The translations under genes were made by a program, and so were the position numbers. 64,000 nt of DNA from an uncultured Methanoregulaceae archaeon (GTDB taxonomy: Archaea > Halobacteriota > Methanomicrobia > Methanomicrobiales > Methanospirillaceae), in assembly GCA_963841015.1 (NCBI GenBank), contig CAWJAX010000002.1:480001-544000 (forward strand), written 5' to 3'. The notes beneath the pieces were generated by a model. It made no database searches and had not been told where the DNA came from. It saw only the letters and a program-made list of their open reading frames with translations. Shown one piece after another: positions 21,720 to 30,224 of this stretch; position 1 is the first letter of the stretch; the number at the start of each line of letters is the position of its first letter.

Positions 21720-22301
21720 ATGATGGATTCTTCCCCTGCCAGAATAGAGGAATTAATCAGGGACCTGTCCCATAAAAATGAAGACATACGATGGGGAGCT
21801 GCATTTGCTCTCGCACGAATCGGACGACCTGCAGTAGACTTTCTCATTCCTGCTCTTGACGACAAGGACAGTGTTGTCCGCCTGCGGGCTGCGTGGGCAC
21901 TTGGTCAGATCGGGGACTCTCGTGCGGTGGATCCTCTGATCCTCACTCTCCGCGATGGTGACTGGGCAGTAAGGATGAGAGCGGCAGAAGCTCTTGGTAA
22001 GCTTCGGGCACACAAAGCAACCGACACTCTTGTGCGTACGTTACGGGATGAGAACCCTGATGTGAGAAGACACGCGATTGCCGCCCTTGCCCTGATAGCA
22101 GATCCCGCGTCTGCAGATCGCCTCGGAGATACACTGAAAGATCCCGACTGGCGGGTGAGGATGGGAGCTGCACTTGCACTTACTGCTATCGGGGATACGA
22201 AAAGCGTATCCTATCTTGAAACTGCCACCCGTGATGAAAATGAATTTGTCCGAAAAATTGCCTTGGCAGGTGTCGGAAAAAAAGAGGAGAAACGCTCCTG
22301 A
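21720..22301 (+). CDS. HEAT/PBS-lyase repeat protein
   Basis: Tandem L.D.D..VR..AA.ALG.IG repeats. Confidence 0.9.
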   Translation: MMDSSPARIEELIRDLSHKNEDIRWGAAFALARIGRPAVDFLIPALDDKDSVVRLRAAWALGQIGDSRAVDPLILTLRDGDWAVRMRAAEALGKLRAHKATDTLVRTLRDENPDVRRHAIAALALIADPASADRLGDTLKDPDWRVRMGAALALTAIGDTKSVSYLETATRDENEFVRKIALAGVGKKEEKRS

Positions 22302-22343
22302 ACATGAATTTTTTTAATGAATAACACCTGTTTTTTTTTAAAA

Positions 22344-22394
22344 TTGTTTCACTCTTTGTTTCAAAATCTGAGTTACAGGCAATAGTCTATAAAA
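22344..22394 (+). promoter_or_regulatory. sod-encapsulin operon promoter: TGTTTCA-N5-TGTTTCA-AAATC-TG + 17 nt + TATAAAA
   Basis: Same architecture as 15261 and 20226. Confidence 0.7.
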
Positions 22395-22476
22395 CCTGAT
22401 TTTAAATACCCTGACCATCAGAGGAAAATCCTGTCTTCTGCAGACAAGCGGGAAATAGTATGGAGGTCCTGGATGT

Positions 22477-23094
22477 ATGGAACCGATCAAGTTGTATTCG
22501 TTACCAAAACTACCCTATGAGTATACAGCCCTGGCGCCGTATATCTCGGAAGAACAGCTGAAACTGCACCACCTGAAACATCACCAGGGATATGTTACGG
22601 GTGCAAACACAGTTCTTGAAAAACTGGACAAGGCCAGAAAGGACAACGCGGACCTTGATTTAAAGGCTACCCTTAAGGAACTATCATTCCATGTAGGGGG
22701 TTTCAGACTCCACAATCTCTTCTGGGAGAATCTTGCACCCGCGGGAAAGGGGGGCGGCGGAGCTCCGAAAGGTAGAATTGCAAAAGCAATCGATGACGAA
22801 TTTGGGAAGTTTGAGAGGTTTAAAAAGGAGTTTACCCAGACTGCGACCAGTGTTGAGGGTTCAGGATGGGCTATAGTGACCTACTGCGAAAAAACCCAGC
22901 GGCCACTCATCATGCAGGCTGAGAAACACAATGTTAACATTATCCCTGGTTATGTCATTCTCCTTGTTCTCGATGTATGGGAGCATGCATACTATCTGGA
23001 TTACAAGAATGACCGGGTAAAATTTGTCGAGTCATTCTGGAATATCGTAAACTGGGACACGGTAAACAAGCGGTTTGACCTGCTGAAGAAATAA
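22477..23094 (+). CDS. sod: Fe/Mn superoxide dismutase
   Basis: [26 protein letters not shown]. Confidence 0.97.
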   Translation: MEPIKLYSLPKLPYEYTALAPYISEEQLKLHHLKHHQGYVTGANTVLEKLDKARKDNADLDLKATLKELSFHVGGFRLHNLFWENLAPAGKGGGGAPKGRIAKAIDDEFGKFERFKKEFTQTATSVEGSGWAIVTYCEKTQRPLIMQAEKHNVNIIPGYVILLVLDVWEHAYYLDYKNDRVKFVESFWNIVNWDTVNKRFDLLKK

Positions 23095-23199
23095 GTGTAA
23101 TCCCGTAAAAAGAAGGCCGGGAAAAAGACAGAACTGGTTGCTTTTTCCCGGGCAGACTAATGAGACATTCTATACCGATGATAGAAAAAGAGGAAAACG

Positions 23200-23562
23200 A
23201 TGCCAGAATTTGTCAACCCATTCAGTGGAAAACTGCCGGAACATCAATTAACGTCTGAAGAGCTTATCAGGGCAATCCGGCTGGACCTTGCTGCGGAGCA
23301 CGAAGCCGTACACGCATATATGGCTCATGCCGGTGCGACTGATAATCCTGTTGCAAGGGCAGTACTCATCGATATTGCCAATGAGGAGCGGGTCCATGCC
23401 GGGGAATTTGCCCGGCTTTTGGCTATCCTCACTGGTGATGAGGATGAGTTTTTAAAAAAAGGGACTCTTGAAGTGAATGCGATCGTAGAAAAAACTGCCA
23501 GGTCCGTCCAGGTACCAGGAGAACAGGATATACCTACGGTAGGATCGTTGAAATCAGGATAA
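23200..23562 (+). CDS. Encapsulin cargo ferritin-like protein (Flp/EncFtn-type) with C-terminal targeting peptide
   Basis: AEHEAVHAY...DIANEERVHAGEF ferroxidase-like motif; C-terminus IPTVGSLKSG matches the L/PTVGSL cargo-loading peptide. Confidence 0.88.
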   Translation: MPEFVNPFSGKLPEHQLTSEELIRAIRLDLAAEHEAVHAYMAHAGATDNPVARAVLIDIANEERVHAGEFARLLAILTGDEDEFLKKGTLEVNAIVEKTARSVQVPGEQDIPTVGSLKSG

Positions 23563-23569
23563 AAGGTGG

Positions 23570-24365
23570 ATGAAAATGGAAAATGTGTATCTCGGGCGCA
23601 AAGAGGCTCCTGTAGGAGCTGATACATGGCAGCTGCTTGACAGCATCATGATTGAAGCAGCAAAAAGCCAGCTTGCCGGCCGAAGGCTGATTACTCTGGA
23701 AGGGCCATTTGGTTACGGATTAAAAGTATTACCCCTCAGTGACTGCGAGCTGGAAGAAGGAATTTCGACCAGCAGTTTTGTTCCTGTTCATGCAATAAAA
23801 TCCGGATTCAGTCTTGGAAAACGTGACCTTGCAGCATTTGAAAATGAGAAACTTACTTTTGACGGGGGTCCTGTTGCGTGTGCGGCAATGGATTGTGCTG
23901 CAAAAGAAGACGGGATAATTTTCCAGGGAATTTCCGGATCTCCGGGATTATTGAACATTGAAGGGGCCAGCACCCAGACTCTGACAAAATGGGATAAGGT
24001 CGGGGCAGCAGCAGATCAAATCATCGAAGCGGTCACAAAGCTTGACGATGCAGGGTTGCATGGAGGCTATTGCATGGCTCTTGCCCCTTCCCTGTACAAC
24101 CTTCTGTTACGCCGGTATCCCCAGGGAGATGGTACTGAGCTTGACCATATTCGGTACTATCGTATCGGAAGGTGTTGTCAAAGCCCCGGTCCTGAAAAAG
24201 GGCGGCGTCCTTCTCGCTTCAGGTCGCCAGTTCTGTTCGATTTGTATCGGGCAGGATATGGCTGTTGGTTATACTGGTCCGGCAGGGGACAGTCTGGAAT
24301 TCTATGTGGTGGAGAGTCTGGCACTCCTCATCCGTGTGCCGGAAGCAATCTGTGTTCTCAGATAA
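23570..24365 (+). CDS. Family 1 encapsulin shell protein (Linocin M18 family; frameshift ~24155)
   Basis: LGRKEAP....W..LD, LAGRRLI.LEGPFG, EDGIIFQG, PGLL; second frame gives IGQDMAVGY...LEFYVVES..L.I..PEAICVL; ~264 aa when joined. Confidence 0.9.
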
Positions 24366-24410
24366 TGGTGAGAAGACCAGCGGGAGAACTCAGGTAAATG
24401 AGGTGAAAAA

Positions 24411-24749
24411 ATGCAGAAAGAAATACCAGAGATCCTGAAAAAATTCGAACAGGACTATGAAGTCTATGTCAGTGCACAGGACGCACAGACATTCTGGGTA
24501 GTTGATGCACGGATACCAAAAAAACAGGAAAGTCATCACCGTGGCAGAAAATATGTTTCAGGACCGAATGAAGACGGGAATGTTATCATTTTTCCGGACC
24601 ATGAACGTTCGGATGCATACCTGACGGAAAACTGGGGAACCATGAAAAGTTTCAGGGATTTTGTTGACAAGTCACTCGATGCTATCCTGAGGGACAAGGA
24701 GGACATTGAACAGAATCTGCAGGAGGGATGCGGGACTACCTGTGATTAA
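24411..24749 (+). CDS. Hypothetical protein (112 aa) downstream of encapsulin
   Basis: GAGGTGA RBS before ATG; ends GCGTTCD. Confidence 0.7.
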   Translation: MQKEIPEILKKFEQDYEVYVSAQDAQTFWVVDARIPKKQESHHRGRKYVSGPNEDGNVIIFPDHERSDAYLTENWGTMKSFRDFVDKSLDAILRDKEDIEQNLQEGCGTTCD

Positions 24750-24768
24750 AAGTGCCTGTCCCATTGTT

Positions 24769-25014
24769 ATGAATGCAGCCAAACTCCCCCGATCTTCAAA
24801 AAAAGTGATGAAGATCCTCTATTCAGGTTGTGCCATGACCCAGAAAGACCTGGTGAAAAAAACGAGCCTTCATCCGCGCACTGTGCGGTATGCACTGAAA
24901 AAACTCAAAGAACAGGAACTTCTTATCGAGAAGTTAAAAATGGATGATTTACGCCAGATTATCTACCAGATCCGGTTAACCGGGATCCAGAATACCGCGC
25001 TGGCAAACACCTGA
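24769..25014 (+). CDS. Small winged-helix DNA-binding protein (MarR/Lrp-like HTH)
   Basis: LPRSSKKVMKIL....MTQKDLVKKTSLHPRTVRYALKKLKE...DLRQIIY. Confidence 0.8.
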   Translation: MNAAKLPRSSKKVMKILYSGCAMTQKDLVKKTSLHPRTVRYALKKLKEQELLIEKLKMDDLRQIIYQIRLTGIQNTALANT

Positions 25015-25049
25015 ATGATTCTTATTTTACAGATTTTTTAATCCATGTA

Positions 25050-25455
25050 TGAAATAAAAAAAGAATGAATCATTTACGGGAAGGATAGTTCTATCCCTCC
25101 CAGACAGCGCCTTCTCTGGCAATGATGTCTTACATTTTGGGGAGTAATCGCGTTGGGGGAGAGCCAGCGTAGTGTGCGGTGTACGTCCCTGGATGTTCTG
25201 TTTTAAAAAAATTTCTTGAGAGTTTTTTTAGGGTAATGTACCAATCTAGCCCCTAATTTTTTTTATTCTTACAACGACAAAAAATAAAATTATGTGACTA
25301 AAACTGGAATGAAAAAAAGTTACTATGATTTTCAACATTCTTTTTCGTGTTGATGGCTCCTGTATTCGGGTCTATCGCGATATGGGGGTCAGCACAGCGG
25401 CGGGGGTGGAGACTTTTGCCAAAGCCCCCGGGAGCGTGATAACTATCGATTGGAG
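25050..25455 (+). repeat. Two degenerate fragments of the dispersed intergenic repeat (module A)
   Basis: GGATAGTTCTATCCC...AATCGCGTTGGGGGAGAGCCAGCG and TATCGCGATATGGGGG...CAGCGGCGGGGG...CCCCCGGGAGCG. Confidence 0.55.
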
Positions 25456-25540
25456 TATTATTTTAAAGAAGATTTTATGAAAAATTTTGGGGCTAAAATA
25501 ACACTTTTCGAATTTTTAAAACGAGGAGTCTTTGGGTCAA

Positions 25541-27019
25541 TTACACATGGGGGATTTCTGTGAAATCAGAGATTTCTGAGTTTGTCGTGCAGATGTTCCT
25601 TATGCTCAGGGCATGGACATCGTTGTTACCCGTCAGCCGTGCAAAATCCCTGAGTTCTTCAGTGGACACGCTCAGAAACTGCTCAAGCCGTTTTGCAGAA
25701 ATAGCCGGCTCAAGACGCTTACGCAGTTCAGGCTTCTGGGTAGTCACCCCAACCGGGCAATTTCCCGTGTTGCACAGACGGTACTGCTGGCAGGCACATG
25801 CCATCAGTGCTGCAGTACCAATGGCAATTGCATCTGCACCAAGACAAAGCGCCTTGGCAAAATCCGAAGAGACCCGCAAACCGCCGGTGATCACCAGGGA
25901 TATACCCTTACCATTGTTCCGGTCAAGGTATTTTCTCGCGCGGTACAAGGCAAAAATGGTAGGAATCGATGTTGAATCCTTGATAAATTTCAGGGAAGCG
26001 CCGGTCGCACCCGGCCGGCCATCAATCGTTATGAAATCAGGTTCAGCAGAGAGAACCTCAGCGAGATCCGCTTCAATGTCCCCTGCTGCAATCTTGACAC
26101 CAATTGGTTTTCCTCCCGACGTTTCACGCAGCCACCGCACCTTCTTTTTCAGGTCTTCCCTGTTTCTGATATCGTCATACGCTGCAGGGCTGATGATGTC
26201 AGTCCCCTGAGGATATCCCCGGATTTCTGCGATTTCAGCGGTAACCTTTTCTGCAGGGAGACGGGCACCCATACCCGGCTCAGCTGACTGCCCGATTTTT
26301 ATCTCAATTGCATCTGCAGATTTGAGGTTCTCGTCCGTGATGCTGTAGCGGTTGGGGACATATTCAAGGATGTACCGGTAAGCCTGTCGGCGGGCTTCCG
26401 GCAAAATTCCCCCTTCCCCGGATCCCATGGCAGTCTGTACTGCTGCAGTTCCCTGTGCAATCGCAATTTTCACTTCTTTTGAAAGTGCCCCAAACGACAT
26501 ATGGGTGACAAAAACGGGGGTTTCAAGTATCATCGGATGCAGTGCCTTGGGTCCAATCACCGTGCGGGTATTAATATACGTCTCTTTGTTCAAGGGGAGT
26601 GTGGCAATCTGTGCACCCTTAATCAGAATGTCATCCCATGAGATAACGGGTTTTTTTGTCCGCATCGGTTCAATAATGGATTTACCGGTGACAGCCATCG
26701 TATGGATATCTGCCATGTAAACCTCGAGATCATCAGATTGGCGCTCCCACGCGGAAAGATAACCGGGCAGAACGGAAGAACCCCCTGGAGGCCGTGCATG
26801 AGTGACCTGTGCACCGCATAAGGGGCAGGTATTTGTGTGGTTTGCGGATGTAGAGGAAGGAACCGGTCTGAGGTGGGTCTTGTCTGAAGTACAGACCGGG
26901 CATGCCCAGTCCGCAGGGAACTCACCCGGCTCTGTCCCGGGCACGATGCGGGTGAGAGGGTCTCCCCGCTGGGATTCGTACTCAAATACCTTACAGATAT
27001 CGCAGCGATAGAGGGTCAT
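25541..27019 (-). CDS. Rubredoxin-fused glutamate synthase FMN-binding subunit (archaeal GltB-like)
   Basis: N-terminal CDIC...WACPVC; MSFGALS, SGEGG, EIKIGQSAEPGMG, C-x5-C-x4-CPVG Fe-S motif. Confidence 0.9.
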   Translation of the reverse strand: MTLYRCDICKVFEYESQRGDPLTRIVPGTEPGEFPADWACPVCTSDKTHLRPVPSSTSANHTNTCPLCGAQVTHARPPGGSSVLPGYLSAWERQSDDLEVYMADIHTMAVTGKSIIEPMRTKKPVISWDDILIKGAQIATLPLNKETYINTRTVIGPKALHPMILETPVFVTHMSFGALSKEVKIAIAQGTAAVQTAMGSGEGGILPEARRQAYRYILEYVPNRYSITDENLKSADAIEIKIGQSAEPGMGARLPAEKVTAEIAEIRGYPQGTDIISPAAYDDIRNREDLKKKVRWLRETSGGKPIGVKIAAGDIEADLAEVLSAEPDFITIDGRPGATGASLKFIKDSTSIPTIFALYRARKYLDRNNGKGISLVITGGLRVSSDFAKALCLGADAIAIGTAALMACACQQYRLCNTGNCPVGVTTQKPELRKRLEPAISAKRLEQFLSVSTEELRDFARLTGNNDVHALSIRNICTTNSEISDFTEIPHV

Positions 27020-27169
27020 GCAGGATTACCTTTGTTCTCATGTCCGTTTTGGGATACCATAAGGATATTCCGGACCTCTCTAAATAAAAGGTAATCCGCG
27101 ATAAACGGTCAGATTATGAGAAATTACCAAAAAATATGGCAGGACTTTTCATTCTGCCTCCCTGGTAAA

Positions 27170-27375
27170 AATTGGTTTTTTGAGAATTCTATTCTCCAGA
27201 CTATTGAACCATAAAGCACGAGTAAGACGACGGAAGGGACCGTGCCTGTCCCCCTGCACCGCCCCTTCACTAATCGTGATGATAACGTATAACCTGTTCA
27301 GGATCCTCGCATTTTGGGGGGGATCCGCAGTGGCGGGGGTGAAACCCCATGAGCGCATCTGAGCTTGATATTGAG
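27170..27375 (+). repeat. Dispersed intergenic repeat, module A
   Basis: GGACCGTGCCTGTCCCCC...GATGATAACGTATAACCTGTTC...TCGCATTTTGGGGGGG...GGCGGGGGTGAAACCCCATGAGCG. Confidence 0.75.
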
Positions 27376-27403
27376 CATTTCTTCAGAACCTAAAAAATTC
27401 CCT

Positions 27404-28021
27404 TTACTCCACATTGGTAATCCTTGCACGCATCTGACCGATCTCTTCCTTTTTTTCCTCTATCAGTGCAGAAATAACAGCATCAGAAAAAATCAGAGCC
27501 AGAGTTTCGAACAAGGTACCCAGCGGTGCAAACGCTGAATTGACCGAACGGTATTCCCCGGTCAGCTGCCGGATTTCAAACGATTTTTTATCCTTCCGGT
27601 AATACCCGGTAAGGTCCCCAAGATTTACCAGACAATCTGCAATTTTACTGATTTTTGAGTCAGGTGATGATGTAATGATACAGACTTTTCCTCCCAGTTC
27701 TTTTGCTGTTTCAGCGATCGAGACCATCGAATGTGTCTCCCCTGATCCGGAAAACACCACCAGCGTATCTCCCGATCGAAATGCCGGTGTAATAGTCTCC
27801 CCGACAACGTAAACATCCAGCCCGAGATGCAGCAGCCGCAGTCCAAATGCCTTGGCTATAAACCCTGATCGCCCGGCACCGGCAACATAGATTCTTCTGG
27901 CAGAAAGCATTTCCTGAAAAAATGCATTCATCTGGTTCTGGTCAAGCATACCGGCTGCTTTCGTTATAGTCGCAGCCATCTGCTCCATAAATACCGGAAT
28001 CTGGAGAACTTCATCATCCAT
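27404..28021 (-). CDS. hxlB: 6-phospho-3-hexuloisomerase (SIS domain)
   Basis: IYVAGAGRSG, VVGETITPA, SGSGET, APLGTLFE. Confidence 0.92.
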   Translation of the reverse strand: MDDEVLQIPVFMEQMAATITKAAGMLDQNQMNAFFQEMLSARRIYVAGAGRSGFIAKAFGLRLLHLGLDVYVVGETITPAFRSGDTLVVFSGSGETHSMVSIAETAKELGGKVCIITSSPDSKISKIADCLVNLGDLTGYYRKDKKSFEIRQLTGEYRSVNSAFAPLGTLFETLALIFSDAVISALIEEKKEEIGQMRARITNVE

Positions 28022-28139
28022 GTATGCATCTTCCTTTTTGCATTGCAGGATATCAGCATATCGGTTCCTGAATGGGACCTCGTAGTGGATTAACAAAAAT
28101 GCTGCCTCTGGAGAAACGGAAACGAATACATTCACCGCA

Positions 28140-28470
28140 CCGGAAAAAAACGTATTCTCTGCAAAAGGACCCCTCCCCCTGGTCTTCTTTTTAGGCGCAG
28201 CGGGCAGGGATTTTTTTGTCACCGATCCGCCGCGGGGATGCCCTGTTTTGGGGCGGCAGCAGTTATCGTACCTGATGGAGAACGTGGTGATAATTCTGTA
28301 TCAGAGCAGAAAACTGCGATTTTCATTGAAAATGGTAAAAAACCGTGAATGCTCACGGGAGTGTTTCCTTACCGCTTTGGACCCCCACATGCGATCACTC
28401 TCAAGAAGGTAATACAGCACTATCGTATTGCGCAGGGACGGTCCGGGGGAATCCTCTGTCAACGTGCGAT
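28140..28470 (-). repeat. Dispersed intergenic repeat, composite A-linker-B copy
   Basis: Reverse complement contains CCCTGCGCAATACGATAGTGCTGTATTACCT...ATCGCATGTGGGGG, then ATGAAAATCGCAG, then GCCGCCCC...CCCCGCGGCGGATC...CTGCCCGC. Confidence 0.7.
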
Positions 28471-28558
28471 AATGTGTATTTCATATCCTCGTATAATATG
28501 TTCCATCAAACCTTATTTTATATAATTAAAAAGGAAATCTCCAGAGCCAGCCAAAATC

Positions 28559-29212
28559 CTATTTTTTATTCTCCTGTGGAAGGGAATTCCTGAACCTGAT
28601 AAGCTCGTCACAGAACTCTCCCAGGTATTCCTCCATGGAAAGGCTGCCTTCTTCAAAAATGCAATCACCCTCTTCGATTATTTTATTGATTAAATCCCGC
28701 GTCGGAAGCAGGAGATCGATTGGAACCCCGGCCTGTTTTGATCCCCGGACAAGAGCCTCCCGGAAGAGACCGAGACAATACCCTATACGGTAATGGTACA
28801 CATTTCGGGTCTTATCCAGGTACGCTGCAACACGTTCTGTTTCAATACGGAGAAAATCCTCAAGGACCTGGGGGTCTTTGCATTTACCGAGCATGTACTG
28901 GTAGTGGGCATAGGGATACATTTCTTCCAGTTCGGCAGGGACAATGCCGCAGGTGCCGAAAATGACAATATGATAGCGTGAATGGTCCAGGACCTGTGAG
29001 ATTATCGTCCTGATGAGCTGGTGGCTGGGACTTTTACTGTAGGGTTTGCGGACTGCACAGGGCATGAAAATGGCAATATCCCGGGGGGGTACCTGATATT
29101 CTTCAATGATATACCGGTGAGACTTTTCAAACTCCGGAAGATAAAACGGGGGTCCGGTCAGGTGCGGTCCCTGCCCCCCATCTGCATGTTCACGGTCTTT
29201 TTGATCTCCCAT
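28559..29212 (-). CDS. DUF5591-like protein (stand-alone archaeosine-synthase-related domain)
   Basis: IAIFMPCAVRKPYSKSPSH...GIVPAELE..YP.AHY. Confidence 0.75.
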   Translation of the reverse strand: MGDQKDREHADGGQGPHLTGPPFYLPEFEKSHRYIIEEYQVPPRDIAIFMPCAVRKPYSKSPSHQLIRTIISQVLDHSRYHIVIFGTCGIVPAELEEMYPYAHYQYMLGKCKDPQVLEDFLRIETERVAAYLDKTRNVYHYRIGYCLGLFREALVRGSKQAGVPIDLLLPTRDLINKIIEEGDCIFEEGSLSMEEYLGEFCDELIRFRNSLPQENKK

Positions 29213-29355
29213 GGCTCTTCCATACCGGATTGTTCCGTCAATAAATGAATGAATCGCCCCGGGACTTCATCAGGGAAAGGTGGTCGGACTGCCCTTTGAG
29301 TTATTTTCGGCTCAGAATTACTTAATTACCCTCAGGATACCCATATTGTATCCGG

Positions 29356-30223
29356 ATGGCACGTCTTGCGGTAATAGGAGTCGGCAGGATCGGCGGGGAG
29401 GTCGCCTACCTTGCGGCATCGCTGGGAATCGTGGACGAACTGGTGCTGTATGATTGTGCTCCTGACCTGCTCCGGGCACAGGTGCTGGATCTTGAGCACA
29501 CCGGGCTCCAGATACCCATCAGTACCGATACAGCTGCAGTAAGGGAAGCAGATATCTGCATTTTTTCGGCTGGCATTCCTCGGAATCCCTCGGTAAAAAC
29601 ACGTGCCGATCTGCTCGAAGCCAACCTGTCAGCCACCCGTGACGGCATCGCACTGCTCAAAGGATTTTCCGGCATTCTTGTGACCGTGACCAATCCCATG
29701 GATGCAAACAACTTCGTGCTCTGTAAAAAGAGCGGTATTGCCCGGGAGCGGTGCATCGGCTTTGGCGGGCAGGCTTGACAGCGCCCGGTTCGGTCTTGCA
29801 CTCAGGAACAGGGGGATTACGGGATTTCCCTTTATCCTGGGAGAGCATGGTGAACACCAGGTCCCGCTCTTTTCGAGCCTTGCGTCCCGGGTAGAAAACG
29901 GCCAGCGGGAAGAGATCCTTGCAGAACTGCGAGGAGCGAGTATGGAAATAATCAAGGGTAAGGGGGGGACGGTCTTTGGTCCGGCACTTCACCTGGTCAA
30001 CCTTACCCGCATCATTCTCAAGGATGCCCGTGAACTGATCTGCTGTTCAGCAGTGCTTGAAGGAGAGTATGGATTATCGGGGTGTTCCCTTGGGATTCCT
30101 GCCCGTGTCGGTCGTGACGGAATCCGGAAAATTGAGGTGTGGGATCTTGATGAGTGGGAGACGACAAAGATGAACGAAGCAGGAGAGTTTGTTCAAAGCC
30201 TTTGTGTGCGGGCGGTGTCCTGA
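29356..30223 (+). CDS. mdh: Malate/lactate dehydrogenase family (frameshift ~29772)
   Basis: VIGVGRIG, TRADLL..N, VTNPMD, (G)QLDSARF, ILGEHG. Confidence 0.88.
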
Positions 30224-30224
30224 T

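Noticed and set aside
23570-24365. Phage major capsid (HK97 fold) / prophage
   Set aside because: No terminase, portal or integrase nearby; the upstream cargo with a targeting peptide identifies it as an encapsulin.
23200-24365. Ferritin-encapsulin fusion split by an error
   Set aside because: The cargo ends with a clean stop right after its targeting peptide, and the shell has its own RBS-like AAGGTGG and start.
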